The position numbers were made by a program, and so were the translations under genes. A model generated the notes under the pieces. That model ran no database searches, was not told the DNA's origin, and saw nothing but the letters and a program-made list of their open reading frames with translations. DNA of 64,000 bases from Candidatus Sulfomarinibacteraceae bacterium. Its GTDB lineage: Bacteria; Acidobacteriota; Thermoanaerobaculia; Thermoanaerobaculales; Sulfomarinibacteraceae. Positions 1 to 10,611 of the stretch are shown here, in pieces (the first letter of the stretch is position 1; each line of letters starts with the position of its first letter). The stretch lies in the NCBI GenBank assembly GCA_963796455.1, contig CAWCLO010000006.1, positions 96,001 to 160,000 of the forward strand, given 5' to 3'.

Positions 1-897
1 GACCAGCGCGGTCTGCACGAAGTCGAAGATCGTCAGCGGCCGTTTCCCACGTAGTGCTTTGATCACCACCATTCCGACAAAGCCAACCGCGAGGGAAGCC
101 TGCACTATCGCAACAAATGAGGGATGGAGCGGCCCAAAGGTCTCGGCTCGCGTGTTTGTCGCGGTTGCGATCGCGGTCAGGCGAAGCACCGCAAGGTCCG
201 CCGCAAGAGCCGTCACGATCTTCAGAAAGCCCCAGCCGCGCTCTTCGGCCAACCAGAAAACCGCGAGACCGAGTAGGACAATGAATGCGGTCGCAAGCTC
301 ACCGGGGGGACGCATGGTCGCGAGAGCCGCTGAGGTCACCACCCCCCCGACAGAAAAGACCCACGCCGTCGACTGAAACCGCCAACGGGTTGCAACCAAT
401 AGCCCACAACCGGTCATTACGGCAAGAGTCACCAGACTCGTAGCCGGTGATATGACATCGAAGGTAGTTGAAGCTTCGAGCAGCAACGGACCGACGATCA
501 ACGCCGAACATACCGCATAGAATCCCGCACTGGCCCGCGCCCCCCTGCTCGCCGCCATCGCCGAGGCGATGACCCAGACGGCTGCATAAACCACACCGGC
601 CGCCACACCGGCCATTGGCGCAAAGGTGCCGTTCTCGGTCAAGGCGCGAAGCAGAAAGGCGCCGGCAAGCACCAACATACTGCGGCCCACGAGGGCCAGC
701 GAGCCCATGATCGCCGTCACCGGACCGTGGATATCCGAGGCCAGATTCACATCCGAACCGGTCTCCGGGCGCTCGAGCGGCAGTTCAGGATTGTCCGCCT
801 CGGCGACCTCGAGATTCCCGATCCGGTCTTCCATCCGAGCGACGGTGGCTTCGATTGCCGCGACAGCCGACTCCAGGCTCTTCAGCCGCTCATCCAT
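1..897 (-). CDS. Polytopic membrane protein (DUF2339-like), runs off window start
   Basis: ATG at 897 after AGGAGG; MDERLKSLESAVAAIEATVARMEDRIGNLE coiled coil, then many hydrophobic segments; no stop found before position 1, so absent from the ORF track. Confidence 0.75.
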   Translation of the reverse strand, partial: MDERLKSLESAVAAIEATVARMEDRIGNLEVAEADNPELPLERPETGSDVNLASDIHGPVTAIMGSLALVGRSMLVLAGAFLLRALTENGTFAPMAGVAAGVVYAAVWVIASAMAASRGARASAGFYAVCSALIVGPLLLEASTTFDVISPATSLVTLAVMTGCGLLVATRWRFQSTAWVFSVGGVVTSAALATMRPPGELATAFIVLLGLAVFWLAEERGWGFLKIVTALAADLAVLRLTAIATATNTRAETFGPLHPSFVAIVQASLAVGFVGMVVIKALRGKRPLTIFDFVQTALV

Positions 898-1011
898 GGG
901 CTCCTCCTGAGACAGAGTCTTTAGATCAATTATCCAAGTTGAAACTCTTCGCTCAGAAAGATACCATGATTGCGCTAATGATCAATTGTCCATACTTTCG
1001 ATTGGTTGAAT

Positions 1012-1374
1012 ATGAACAGCACTGATCGTCATGCCGGTTGGCGCACGTTGTTCAGACGTCTGGTGACCGTTGCGAAGTGGCTCGTGCGAAGCGATGAACT
1101 GCCGACTCGAGAGCCGGTCTCGGGCTCCCACCGATCTCTCAGAGACACGACCCATTGGCTGAGCGCTTCGGATCAATTGCTTCGGCAACCCAGACCGAAG
1201 AAGGAGCGTTCGCAGTTCATTTCGTGGTTGATTTCGTCCGAACCATTGCCGAGTACCGGAGTAAGCAAGAGGACCGAACCGGGATCGATTCTCGCGTGGC
1301 TCGCAAAAACAGAAAAAATCCCCACGCTGGCAGACGAATCATCTATCAAGGAGGCGTCATTCGATGAAACCTGA
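1012..1374 (+). CDS. Small hypothetical protein with four WLxx[ST][DE]x[LI] repeats
   Basis: ORF overlaps the cytochrome start; WLVRSDELP, WLSASDQLL, WLISSEPLP, WLAKTEKIP. Confidence 0.6.
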   Translation: MNSTDRHAGWRTLFRRLVTVAKWLVRSDELPTREPVSGSHRSLRDTTHWLSASDQLLRQPRPKKERSQFISWLISSEPLPSTGVSKRTEPGSILAWLAKTEKIPTLADESSIKEASFDET

Positions 1375-1855
1375 GAGCCCCCTCATCCACGCCAAACACG
1401 TATTTCGTGCGGCAATTCTCCTCATGGCCGTGATCGTCACCCTGGTATTGAGCAGGTCGCTTTTTGTCCCCGACACCTGGGGCGAATACGGCTGGTATCG
1501 AGGTGCCGCAGTCGATGATCACCGGGCGAAAACAGTTCGGCACCTCGGCGATGAAACCTGCGCCATGTGTCACGACGTGGAGTCTGCGGAACATGCTGAG
1601 GGCGTCCATCAGGCGGTGAAGTGTGAACTCTGCCACGGCCCGGCGACCCTCCACGTCAATCTCGATGAGGGTGAAAAGATCGCGGAAATGCCGCTCCGCC
1701 GAACCCGCGAGTTGTGCGAACTCTGCCACCGCGAGCTTGCTGCCCGCCCGGAGGGATTCCCACAGATCGACGTTCGAGAACATTTGACTGAAAACGGCGG
1801 TGAACTCACAACCGATGCCTGTTTCGACTGCCACAATCCGCACTCGCCGTTTTGA
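1364..1855 (+). CDS. Membrane-anchored tetraheme cytochrome c
   Basis: N-terminal TM/signal; four CxxCH motifs (CAMCH, CELCH, CELCH, CFDCH); AAGGAGG RBS. Confidence 0.9.
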   Translation: MKPESPLIHAKHVFRAAILLMAVIVTLVLSRSLFVPDTWGEYGWYRGAAVDDHRAKTVRHLGDETCAMCHDVESAEHAEGVHQAVKCELCHGPATLHVNLDEGEKIAEMPLRRTRELCELCHRELAARPEGFPQIDVREHLTENGGELTTDACFDCHNPHSPF

Positions 1856-1872
1856 GCGATAGGGAGAATCAC

Positions 1873-2660
1873 ATGGCCGAAAAAAGCTGACCGTATCCCT
1901 GATGGCCGCACGGAGCTCTCGCGTCGCGAGTTTTTGCATCGCTCAACAACTGCTGCGGCTGGAGCTTTTGCCATCGTGCTGATCCTCCCCGAGGGCTCCG
2001 CAGAAGGAGAAGATGGTGCCGACTACGACTGGAACCGGCACCGGTGGGTCTATCTCGTCGACACAACCAAGTGTATCGGCTGCGGCTCTTGCGTCCGCGC
2101 GTGCCGCGGCGGAGAACTCGGTGCCCGATGGCATGTACCGCACGTGGATCGAGCGCTACGAGATCCCGGCTGAGGGTGAGGCCGTTGTCGATTCGCCAAA
2201 CGGCGGCGAGCACGGATTCGACCCAATACCGAGTGGCATGCACGTTCGCAAGGCGTTCTTCGTGCCCAAGATCTGCAACCACTGCCGCGCAACCCCGTGC
2301 ACCCAGGTGTGTCCGGTCGGAGCGTCTTTCAGCACCCGCGACGGGGTCGTTCTCGTCGACAGCGAACACTGCATCGGTTGTGGCTATTGCGTCCAGGCCT
2401 GTCCCTACGGAAGCAGGTATATCAACCCCACCACCCACACCGCCGATAAATGCACTCTCTGTTACCACCGCATCACCAGGGGACACAAGACCGCCTGCGT
2501 GGAAATCTGTCCCGTCGGGGCTCGACAATTGGGAGACCGACTCGATCCCTACGACCCGGTCAACGAGATCCTGGCCACACGGCGCGTCCAGGTCCTGCAA
2601 CCCGAGTTGCTCACCCGCCCGCAGTGCTACTACCTCGGCCTCGACATGGAGGTGCGCTGA
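1873..2660 (+). CDS. Tat-exported 4Fe-4S protein, NrfC/DmsB family (two apparent frameshifts)
   Basis: ATG 1873 after GGAG; Tat motif SRREFL; CIGCGSCVRAC, CNHC..PC..VCP, CIGCGYCVQACP, KCTLC; frame changes at the A7 run ~1880 and at ~2108. Confidence 0.85.
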
Positions 2661-3829
2661 TGTTCCCCGAACTCACCGGCTTTCTTTTTCCCAATGACGT
2701 TCACATTCACTGGAGCCTGATGATCGTGATGTACCCCTACATCACCGGTCTGGTGGCCGGCGCCTTCCTCGTGTCGTCGCTTTACCACGTCTTCGGCCGC
2801 GAGGAATTCCGTCCACTCGGAAGATTCGCCCTCGCAACCGCGCTGTGTTTTCTCGCCGTCGCCGGCCTCCCCCTGCTCAATCATCTCGGCCATCCGGAGC
2901 GCGCCATCAACGTTGTCGTCACGCCCAACTTCACTTCGGCCATGGCGGGCTTCGGAATTCTCTACGCCTCATATTTCATCATCCTGCTCCTCGAAGTATG
3001 GTTTGTTTTTCGGGTCGACATCATCGAGACTGCGGCTCGCTCGCGAGGATTCAAACGATGGCTGTTCGCCACCCTGGCTCTCGGTGTCTACGACACCTCG
3101 CCCGAGGCCATTGCACTCGACAAGAGAATCACCCGAATCCTGGCTGCCATCGGCATTCCGATGGCCTGCCTCCTCCACGGATATGTCGGCTTCCTCTTTG
3201 GCGCCCTCAAGGCCAACCCCTGGTGGTCGACCCCACTCATGCCGGTCATCTTTCTGTTCTCGGCAATGGTCTCCGGAATCGCCCTCCTGATCGTGTTGTA
3301 CCAGATCGCGATGAAGCTCAAGGGCACCTCCATCGATCAACAGGCGATCGCCGCCATGTCGCGATGGCTTTGGCTCTTCATGATCATGTCGCTGACTATG
3401 GAGCTACTCGAGATCATGATGCTTGCCTACGAACGGGCCGAGGAGTGGGAGGTCATCGGTCACCTGCTCACTCACCAACTCTCCTTTTCCTTTATCTCGC
3501 TGCAAATGGTCGGCGGCGGTCTGATTCCACTGATCCTGCTCGGGATCGTGGTTCTGATGGACCGCTACCTGGATGATCACATCCGCAATACGCTGTCAAT
3601 GGTCGCGTCGTTGCTGCTTCTGCTCCAGGTGCTCTCAATGCGTTGGAACGTCGTCATCGGCGGCCAGATGTTTTCCAAGAGCATGAGGGGATTCCGCGAG
3701 ACCTACGTACCCGGGATGTTCGAGAAGGAGGGCATCCTCGCGGCGGCTGCGATTCTCTTCATTCCGTTCGTTCTGCTGGTCATCTTCGAAAGAGTACTGC
3801 CGACCTTCCGCCACCTCGAAGAGGGCTAG
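2660..3829 (+). CDS. NrfD/PsrC-family quinol-interacting membrane subunit
   Basis: TGATG overlap with the Fe-S gene; W..MIVMYPYITGLVAG, HLGHPER, PNFTSAM, multiple TM helices. Confidence 0.9.
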   Translation: MFPELTGFLFPNDVHIHWSLMIVMYPYITGLVAGAFLVSSLYHVFGREEFRPLGRFALATALCFLAVAGLPLLNHLGHPERAINVVVTPNFTSAMAGFGILYASYFIILLLEVWFVFRVDIIETAARSRGFKRWLFATLALGVYDTSPEAIALDKRITRILAAIGIPMACLLHGYVGFLFGALKANPWWSTPLMPVIFLFSAMVSGIALLIVLYQIAMKLKGTSIDQQAIAAMSRWLWLFMIMSLTMELLEIMMLAYERAEEWEVIGHLLTHQLSFSFISLQMVGGGLIPLILLGIVVLMDRYLDDHIRNTLSMVASLLLLLQVLSMRWNVVIGGQMFSKSMRGFRETYVPGMFEKEGILAAAAILFIPFVLLVIFERVLPTFRHLEEG

Positions 3830-3895
3830 CCACCCGGTGGCAGCGTTAACTTCGCCACCGACCCGCTACAATGAAACAGCGTATCGGAGGCCCAA

Positions 3896-4189
3896 ATGAA
3901 AACTGACGAGATTAAGCGATTGTACGAGTGGATCCAGAGCCGGGTGAGCGTGGGCGACGGCAACCCGGTTGCCATCGTATTCGCCGAACCGACCGCTGCC
4001 GATTTCACCGATCAAGGTTTCGAAGGAGACGCCCTCCATCTGACCCTCAGGGCCGACTGGTGGCCTGAGATGGTAACCGACATCGTCGAGACACCTGAGT
4101 TCGCCGAACCCGGCGAAACCCCGGAGCAGATTCTCGAATACGCCCGGGATGTAGTGAAGGAGTACGTGGCGAAGAGGCTGTATACGTAG
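3896..4189 (+). CDS. Hypothetical acidic protein
   Basis: GGAGG RBS, 97 aa, typical codon pattern. Confidence 0.7.
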   Translation: MKTDEIKRLYEWIQSRVSVGDGNPVAIVFAEPTAADFTDQGFEGDALHLTLRADWWPEMVTDIVETPEFAEPGETPEQILEYARDVVKEYVAKRLYT

Positions 4190-4223
4190 GCTTGGGGCTT
4201 GGGGCTTGAGGCTTGGGCCTTGA
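4190..4223. repeat. Heptamer tandem repeat (GCTTGGG-like)
   Basis: gcttggg gcttggg gcttgag gcttggg ccttga directly after the stop codon. Confidence 0.85.
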
Positions 4224-4319
4224 TGTGACGAGAGTCGACGGAACCTGATATCCACAGGGCGCAGACCACAGCGCCCCGCAGCCACACTGCCTGCGTGGAG
4301 CCCCCCCTCAATCACAGAC

Positions 4320-4382
4320 CGCAGATTACGAAGATGAACGCAGACGTTATTTCCTTATCTGCGTCTCTCTGCGTTATCTGCG
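4320..4382. repeat. Palindromic REP-like element (cgcagat family), copy 1; overlaps hisD 3' end
   Basis: cgcagattacgaagatgaacgcaga ... tctgcgtctctctgcgttatctgcg; related copy at 18265-18335. Confidence 0.75.
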
Positions 4383-5665
4383 ATTTCTCCGCCCTGCGGA
4401 ACCCCGTCACTTTCCAGCCGGCGTTCGGCGGCCCGTGCGTGGGCTTCGAGGCCTTCCATTCGTGCCAGACGCACGGCGTCTTCCACAACCGGCCGGGCGG
4501 CGGCGAGGTCATCGACCTCCATCCAGGTTCGAATTCGAAGAAAATCGAAGACCGACAATCCACCCTGATAGCGGGCGACGCCACCTGTGGGCAGGGTGTG
4601 GTTCGGACCGGCGCCATAGTCGCCCAGAACCTCAGCACTCCCCGTTCCGATGAAGAGTCCGCCCCAGTGCCGCAGCCGGGCAGCCACCTCTGAAGCGTCC
4701 TCGGTCATGACCTGAAGATGCTCGGGCGCCAAGCGGTCGCAAACATCGATGGCAGCCCGCAGATTGTCCGCCACCACCCGGAAGCCCCGAGCAAGGGCCG
4801 CCTCCGCGACTTCGCGAGTGGGCAATCCTTCGAGTTGAGCTTCGATCGCCTCCGCCACCTCGTCCGCCAGGCCTTTCGAGGTCGTCACCAGCACCGGCAA
4901 CGCGTCGGGGTCATGTTCGGCCTGAGCCAGGAGATCGGCGGCAACCACCGACGCGTCGGCCGAGTCGTCGGCCAGGACCACCAGTTCCGAGGGACCGGCC
5001 AGCATATCGATCCCGACCCGGCCGGCCACCAGCTGTTTGGCAGCCGTGACCCAACGATTTCCAGGTCCGACCACCACTTCGCACCCACTCATCGAGCCGA
5101 GGCCGTAGGCCAGGGCAGCGATCGCGTGGGCACCCCCTACCGCCAGGACGCCGTCGGCCCCCGCGATCGCGGCCGCCGCAAGGGTCGTCGTTGTCGGGCG
5201 CGGTGAGGCAACCCAAACCTCCTCGACTCCGGCAACCCGGGCGGTGACCGCTGTCATCAGAACCGACGACGGCAAAGGGTAGCGACCACCCGGGGCGTAA
5301 CACCCCGCCCGTTCCACCGCATCGACGCGGTGGCCCGCCGATCCGCCATCGATCTCGGTGTGCAAATCGGACAGACAGTCGCGCTGGGCCCGGGCAAAGG
5401 TCGATATCCGATCCGCGGTCCTCTGCAACAGCCGTCGGTCTTCAACCGTGACCCGGGTCAGCGCATTTTCCAGGCCGTCGCGCGTGATCAAAAGCTCGTC
5501 GCCCTCCCCGACCTCGGCAAAACGTACCGCCCACTCTCTGACAGCGGCCTCACCGCGACGGCGCACATCGTCGACGATCCGAGCCGCCTCGGTCAGGGTA
5601 TCCGGGGCTACCGCCACACGTTGCAGCCGTCGAACATCGTTTGCGTCGAGGTGGGGCCAGATCAT
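4355..5665 (-). CDS. hisD: Histidinol dehydrogenase
   Basis: YAPGGRYPLPSSVLM, GPGNRWV, IDMLAGPSE, AQAEHD, APEHL, GDYGAGPNHTLPT; ATGA overlap with the upstream gene. Confidence 0.95.
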   Translation of the reverse strand: MIWPHLDANDVRRLQRVAVAPDTLTEAARIVDDVRRRGEAAVREWAVRFAEVGEGDELLITRDGLENALTRVTVEDRRLLQRTADRISTFARAQRDCLSDLHTEIDGGSAGHRVDAVERAGCYAPGGRYPLPSSVLMTAVTARVAGVEEVWVASPRPTTTTLAAAAIAGADGVLAVGGAHAIAALAYGLGSMSGCEVVVGPGNRWVTAAKQLVAGRVGIDMLAGPSELVVLADDSADASVVAADLLAQAEHDPDALPVLVTTSKGLADEVAEAIEAQLEGLPTREVAEAALARGFRVVADNLRAAIDVCDRLAPEHLQVMTEDASEVAARLRHWGGLFIGTGSAEVLGDYGAGPNHTLPTGGVARYQGGLSVFDFLRIRTWMEVDDLAAARPVVEDAVRLARMEGLEAHARAAERRLESDGVPQGGEIADNAERRR

Positions 5666-6936
5666 CCGTCGTCTCCGCCGGCAAAGGTAGTGCTGCCGTC
5701 CCGCCGCCGCGCCGCCAGACCGCGCCGATCGAGTTCCGCCATGACCTCCGCAAATCTGACGCCCTGGCTCGCCAGCGCCGCTGCGGTGAAATAGACAAGA
5801 TCCGCCGCCTCCCACACCACTTCATCGTGGGTGGTCGCTTCGGCAAGCTCCGCCGCCTCCTCGCTCAGCTTGGCCGCCAACAGCTCGGGGTCTGCCGCCA
5901 AGCGGGCGGTAAACGAATCCTGGGGAGCTGCGGCGATCCGCTCTTCCAACCGGCGCTCGAGAGGCCCCAGCCCACGATCGGGGCCCCAACAGGTCGCCGT
6001 ATCGTGATGGCAAAAACCCGCGCCATGTTGGCGCACCGTAAAACGGAGAGCATCACGATCACAATCAGCATCGACCCGCAGCAATTCTTGGATCGCACCC
6101 GATGTCTCACCCTTGACCCACAGGCCCCTCGATCTCGACTGATACACGCCGCGCCGCTGTTCGAAGGCCTCCCTCAGGCTGTCAGCACTCGAATAGGCGA
6201 GCCCCAAAGCGACACCCAGCTCATCGACCACGACCGTCGGCCAGAGACCGTCCTGCCGGTCGCTCACGAGCGGTGCTGCAAATGCATCGGCCAACCCGAG
6301 TTTTCCGGTATAGATGGCCATCCCCACCTGGGCGTCGGCGCCGAGACTGTCGAGGGCCGCGACGTCGTCGGCGGTGGTGACGCCACCGGCCACCGTGACC
6401 GGCACGCCGTCTGCCGCCTCCACAACCCGTTCCGCCGCGGCGAGATCAATCCCGCCGAGACGACCTTCTCGTTCGACAAAGGTCACAAGAAAGGAGCCGA
6501 CGAACTCTCGCAACTCGGCCACGCGGTCGAGCACACTCGCACCGGTTCCGCGTTGCCATCCCTCCACCACCACCTCACCGTTGACGCCGTCGAGAGCAGC
6601 CATTACCCGCTCGCGGGGCAACTGCGAGAGGATCTCCGGCTGCGCCATGGTGCCGAGAATCACTCTTTGAGCGCCTCGATCGAGCCATTCGAGAGCCGTT
6701 TCGACGGACCGAATGCCCCCACCGACCCGGCAGGGGTAGCGCCTGACGATTTCGGTGATCACTTCCGTGTTCGATCCTCGTCCAAGGGCGGCATCGAGAT
6801 CGATGACCGCCAGATCGCCGGCCAGCGAAAACCTCTCCGCCACCAAAAGGGGGTCGCCGGCCTCGAGCGCGCGCTCGCGCCCACCGATCAACTGCACCGC
6901 TTGACCGTCCATGATGTCGATTGACGGAATGATCAC
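5662..6936 (-). CDS. hisA-hisIE: Fused HisA-HisI-HisE protein
   Basis: IIPSIDI.DGQAVQL and VGGGIRS (HisA); SRSRGLWVKGETSG..DCDRD...FCH..C (HisI); KLSEEAAE...EAADLVY (HisE), all in one frame; GTG 6936 overlaps the hisF stop. Confidence 0.9.
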   Translation of the reverse strand: MIIPSIDIMDGQAVQLIGGRERALEAGDPLLVAERFSLAGDLAVIDLDAALGRGSNTEVITEIVRRYPCRVGGGIRSVETALEWLDRGAQRVILGTMAQPEILSQLPRERVMAALDGVNGEVVVEGWQRGTGASVLDRVAELREFVGSFLVTFVEREGRLGGIDLAAAERVVEAADGVPVTVAGGVTTADDVAALDSLGADAQVGMAIYTGKLGLADAFAAPLVSDRQDGLWPTVVVDELGVALGLAYSSADSLREAFEQRRGVYQSRSRGLWVKGETSGAIQELLRVDADCDRDALRFTVRQHGAGFCHHDTATCWGPDRGLGPLERRLEERIAAAPQDSFTARLAADPELLAAKLSEEAAELAEATTHDEVVWEAADLVYFTAAALASQGVRFAEVMAELDRRGLAARRRDGSTTFAGGDDG

Positions 6937-7685
6937 AACCGCACCCCCGAACCGAGAGAGGCCAACTGGTGTTTGAGCGCCCGAACCGTGGTGACACCAT
7001 CGTGGAGAATGGATGCCGCCAGCACCGCATCGGCGCCCGCAAAAAGCGCCTGCGCCATGTGCTCGGCACCGTCCGCACCGCCGGAGGCGATCACAGGTAC
7101 CGAGACCGCCCCGGTGACCGCTTTGAGCAGATCGAGATCGTAGCCGGCACCGGTGCCATCTCGATCCCAGCTGGTCAGAAGGATCTCTCCGGCACCGAGA
7201 TCGACGGCCGTCGTCGCCCACTCGACCACATCGAGATCAAGTCGATCCCGCCCCGAGCGAACGACCACTCGCCAGCTCGATCCTTCTCTGGCCGCATCCA
7301 AGGCCAGAACCGTGCACTGGCTGCCGAATCTCTGCGCCATCTCGGCGAGGAGCTCCGGACGCTCCACCGCAGCCGTGTTGATGGCAACCTTGTCGGCTCC
7401 GGCTTCGAGAAGCTGTTGCGCATCCTGCAACCGACGAACCCCACCACCCACGGTGAGCGGGATCGGGAGCTTTCGTCGCACCAAACGAACCGTTTCGAGC
7501 GCGTGTCCGCGTGCTTCAGGAGTCGCACTGACATCGAGCAGGACCAATTCATCGGCCCCCTGCCGGGCGTAGAGGCCTGCCAACTCCGCCGGGTCGCCGG
7601 CATCCCGAAGCGCTTGGAACTGAACACCTTTGACCACTCGCCCCGCGTTGACATCGAGGCAGGGAATCACCCGTCGCATCAGCAT
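6933..7685 (-). CDS. hisF: Imidazole glycerol phosphate synthase, cyclase subunit
   Basis: RVIPCLDV..GRVVKGVQF, GADELVLLD, TVGGGVR, GEILLTS.DRDGT. Confidence 0.95.
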   Translation of the reverse strand: MLMRRVIPCLDVNAGRVVKGVQFQALRDAGDPAELAGLYARQGADELVLLDVSATPEARGHALETVRLVRRKLPIPLTVGGGVRRLQDAQQLLEAGADKVAINTAAVERPELLAEMAQRFGSQCTVLALDAAREGSSWRVVVRSGRDRLDLDVVEWATTAVDLGAGEILLTSWDRDGTGAGYDLDLLKAVTGAVSVPVIASGGADGAEHMAQALFAGADAVLAASILHDGVTTVRALKHQLASLGSGVRL

Positions 7686-8293
7686 GGGGCACCTCCGGCA
7701 CAATCCAACCACCGGGTGAGAAGATCTGCACCCCACGAACCGGAGAGTTCAGGGTGAAATTGGCAACCCAGGACATTGCCCCGCTCGACCGCCGCCACAA
7801 AGGGCCCACCATGGTCACTCGTGGCGACGCCCCAGCCGGTGATCGCACCGGTCAAACGGTAGGAGTTGGCGAAGTAGGCCGCCCCGCCGGTCAGAAGTCT
7901 GCACGAAGAGTCCGCCTCGACGGCATTCCACCCGAGCTGCGGCACAACCACAGTTGGCGGAAATTTCGAAGCTCGTACCGGGAGCAACCCGAGACCTTCG
8001 ACTCCCTCTCCTTCTTCACTTCCGAGCGCCAAAAATTGTAGACCGAGGCATATGGCCAGGGTCGGTCGGTCTTCCTCGACCCGACTTCGGATCGCATCCG
8101 CCATTCCGGTTTCCCGCAGCCCTCTGACAACCGGAGCGAAGGAACCGACCCCGGGGAGCACCACCCGCTTGGCGTGCCGAACCGCAAAAACATTGTCGGT
8201 CACAGCAATCGAGCACTCGAGGCGTTCGAAGGCAGCCACCACCGAGGCCAGATTGGCGGCACCGGTGCGGACGATGCTGACATCGGCACTCAC
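7679..8293 (-). CDS. hisH: Imidazole glycerol phosphate synthase, glutaminase subunit
   Basis: [29 protein letters not shown] start overlaps the hisB stop. Confidence 0.95.
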   Translation of the reverse strand: MSADVSIVRTGAANLASVVAAFERLECSIAVTDNVFAVRHAKRVVLPGVGSFAPVVRGLRETGMADAIRSRVEEDRPTLAICLGLQFLALGSEEGEGVEGLGLLPVRASKFPPTVVVPQLGWNAVEADSSCRLLTGGAAYFANSYRLTGAITGWGVATSDHGGPFVAAVERGNVLGCQFHPELSGSWGADLLTRWLDCAGGAPC

Positions 8294-8892
8294 GGGCCCT
8301 GCTCCGCTTCGAGGGTGCCTTTCGTGCTCGGCACCGATTGTCCGGTGACTGCCGTGGCTTCGCGCAGCGCGAGAGCCAGAGCCTTGAACGCCGCCTCCGC
8401 TCGATGATGATCGTTGGTGCCCCGAAGGACGTCGACGTGGACTGCGGCCCGCATGGTCATCGCCAGAGAGATCAACACATGCGCCACGTTTTCGCACGCC
8501 AGCCCGCCCAGCGCCTCGCGCTGGAGCCCGAGGTCGATCTGCGGCCACGGGCGACCCGAAAAATCCACCACCGCACGAGCCAACGCCTCGTCGAGCGGCG
8601 CATGGGCAGTCCCGAATCTTACGATACCGATCCTCGAGCCGAGGGCGGTATCGATGGCCGTGCCAAGGGCCAGGGCGCAGTCTTCGGCGCTGTGGTGGTC
8701 ATCGATCTCGAGATCGCCGCGGCACTCCAGATCGAGATCCCACCCGGCATGGAAGGCGAGCGAGGTCAACAGGTGATCGAGAAATCCGATGCCGGTGGCG
8801 ACGGATATCTTTTGCCGGCCATCGAGGTTGAGACGGCCCCGTATGTCGGTTTCACGGGTCACTCGTTCGATCGAAGCGATGCGGTCGGTCAT
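8290..8892 (-). CDS. hisB: Monofunctional imidazoleglycerol-phosphate dehydratase
   Basis: [40 protein letters not shown]; no N-terminal phosphatase domain. Confidence 0.95.
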   Translation of the reverse strand: MTDRIASIERVTRETDIRGRLNLDGRQKISVATGIGFLDHLLTSLAFHAGWDLDLECRGDLEIDDHHSAEDCALALGTAIDTALGSRIGIVRFGTAHAPLDEALARAVVDFSGRPWPQIDLGLQREALGGLACENVAHVLISLAMTMRAAVHVDVLRGTNDHHRAEAAFKALALALREATAVTGQSVPSTKGTLEAEQGP

Positions 8893-10601
8893 GACAGCTC
8901 CTTTTCGAGGTCGGCTGGTTTGTCGAGCACACAGGCCGCTCCTGCAGCAGCGAGAATTTGCGCGGCCGCCAGGGGATCCTCCCCCGGTGCAGTGATGCCT
9001 ACCGGCAGAACCCCCGCGGCGCGCGCCGCCTGCAGATCGTCGGGCGTGTCGCCCACCATCCAGGCAGTCTCTACACCGAGCCTCTCGAGGGCGAGCCGCA
9101 CCGGTGCCGGATCCGGTTTCGATGGTGCGTCTTCCATGCAGATCACGGTCTGGAAGTACTCCGAAATACCGTGATCCACGAGAAAGCGCTCGGCGTCCGC
9201 CCGCGGCCGCCCCGTGACGACGCCGAGGGGGCGCAGACCCGACATTCTCGCCAGCGCTTCCGGGTCGAATCGAGGTGTCTCGAAGCGCCGTAAACCGGGC
9301 ACCTCGTCGATCCCTTGGTAGTGGCTTTCAAATCGATCAGTGACCTCATCGAGAGCAACTTCAACACCGCGTTCCGCCAACAACCGTTGCGTGAGACGCC
9401 AGTCATTGTTGGCGTCACCCGAAGCCTTGGCAGCGGCGATGTCTCCAGCGCTGATCTCGACGCCCCATTCGGCGGCGGTCTCGATGATCGCCCTTCGATA
9501 GGACCCGGAGACATCGGCCAACACCCCGTCGAGATCGAAGAGGACCGCGTCGGGCCTCACAACTGTCCGCAGTCCGCGCTCGAGGCGTCGCCAGCTCTCG
9601 GTCTCGCCCGGCAACGTGATCCGGAGCCAACCGCCCACACCCGGACGACCAGGAAATTGTCGCACCGAGATACCGAGGCCACCGAGGCGGTTCCACACCC
9701 GGTCGGCATCACTGAAGCGGGCAAAAACAAAACTCGCCTGCGACGGCAGGACCTCGGCGGCGATCTCGCTGAGAAGCTCGGTCAGTTGTTCCCGTTGCTC
9801 CCGGATCAGGGCAATCCGCTGCAAATCGGGCCCGTCCTCAACCGCTGTCAGCGCCGCATCGATCGACAGGACCGAGACCGGAAAGGGCTGACCGACCCGG
9901 CGCAACCAGTCGATCACCCGGGGATCGCCGATTGCACAGCCGACGCGGAGCCCGGCACCGGCCCACGCCTTTGAAAAGGTGCGGACGATGACCACGTTGG
10001 GCGAAGCCAGTGCGATATCGGTGAGATCGAATTCCGGCTCCGTGAAATCGATGTAGGCCTGATCGAGCAGAATGAGGACCTTCGGCAGACGCTGCACCAG
10101 ATCGCTGAACGCCTTTTTCGAAACCACCGCACCGGTAGGATTCGATGGGCTCACAACCGCCACCAGACCCGCCGAATCGGCGGCGCGCCGGCACACCTCA
10201 TCGACCGGGAAATCCCCCGACCACCACTCCACCTCATCGACTTCGGCACCGTTTGTGCGAACAAAACGGCGGATCATTCCATAACTCGGCGTCGTCAGGA
10301 CCGCCTTGCGATCAGGACCGGTCACAACGCGAATCGTGCGTTCGAGCGCATCGTCGGCACCGCAGGTCACGAGCACCGACTCCGGCCCGACCCTCAGGCG
10401 TGCCGCGATCGCAGATTCGAGGGCTTGCTTGTCCGGATAGCGGTTGACTGCCGGCACGAGCCCATCGAGGGCAGGCGGCGGCGCCAGGCTTTCGTTGAAA
10501 TCGAGCACCAGATCGGGATCCACACCCGGCCGATTGATCACATATGGTGTGAGTTCGGCGATGACGGCATTCGGCTCCACGAGCAACGGAAGGTCTTCCA
10601 T
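8889..10601 (-). CDS. hisC: Histidinol-phosphate aminotransferase fused to a C-terminal HAD phosphatase
   Basis: [35 protein letters not shown] (PLP Lys), then [28 protein letters not shown] motifs. Confidence 0.9.
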   Translation of the reverse strand: MEDLPLLVEPNAVIAELTPYVINRPGVDPDLVLDFNESLAPPPALDGLVPAVNRYPDKQALESAIAARLRVGPESVLVTCGADDALERTIRVVTGPDRKAVLTTPSYGMIRRFVRTNGAEVDEVEWWSGDFPVDEVCRRAADSAGLVAVVSPSNPTGAVVSKKAFSDLVQRLPKVLILLDQAYIDFTEPEFDLTDIALASPNVVIVRTFSKAWAGAGLRVGCAIGDPRVIDWLRRVGQPFPVSVLSIDAALTAVEDGPDLQRIALIREQREQLTELLSEIAAEVLPSQASFVFARFSDADRVWNRLGGLGISVRQFPGRPGVGGWLRITLPGETESWRRLERGLRTVVRPDAVLFDLDGVLADVSGSYRRAIIETAAEWGVEISAGDIAAAKASGDANNDWRLTQRLLAERGVEVALDEVTDRFESHYQGIDEVPGLRRFETPRFDPEALARMSGLRPLGVVTGRPRADAERFLVDHGISEYFQTVICMEDAPSKPDPAPVRLALERLGVETAWMVGDTPDDLQAARAAGVLPVGITAPGEDPLAAAQILAAAGAACVLDKPADLEKELS

Positions 10602-10611
10602 CCTCTGCCTC

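Noticed and set aside
1888..1890. Early TGA in the nrfC-like gene as a Sec codon
   Set aside because: The downstream Tat motif is in another frame; one extra A in the A7 run explains it.
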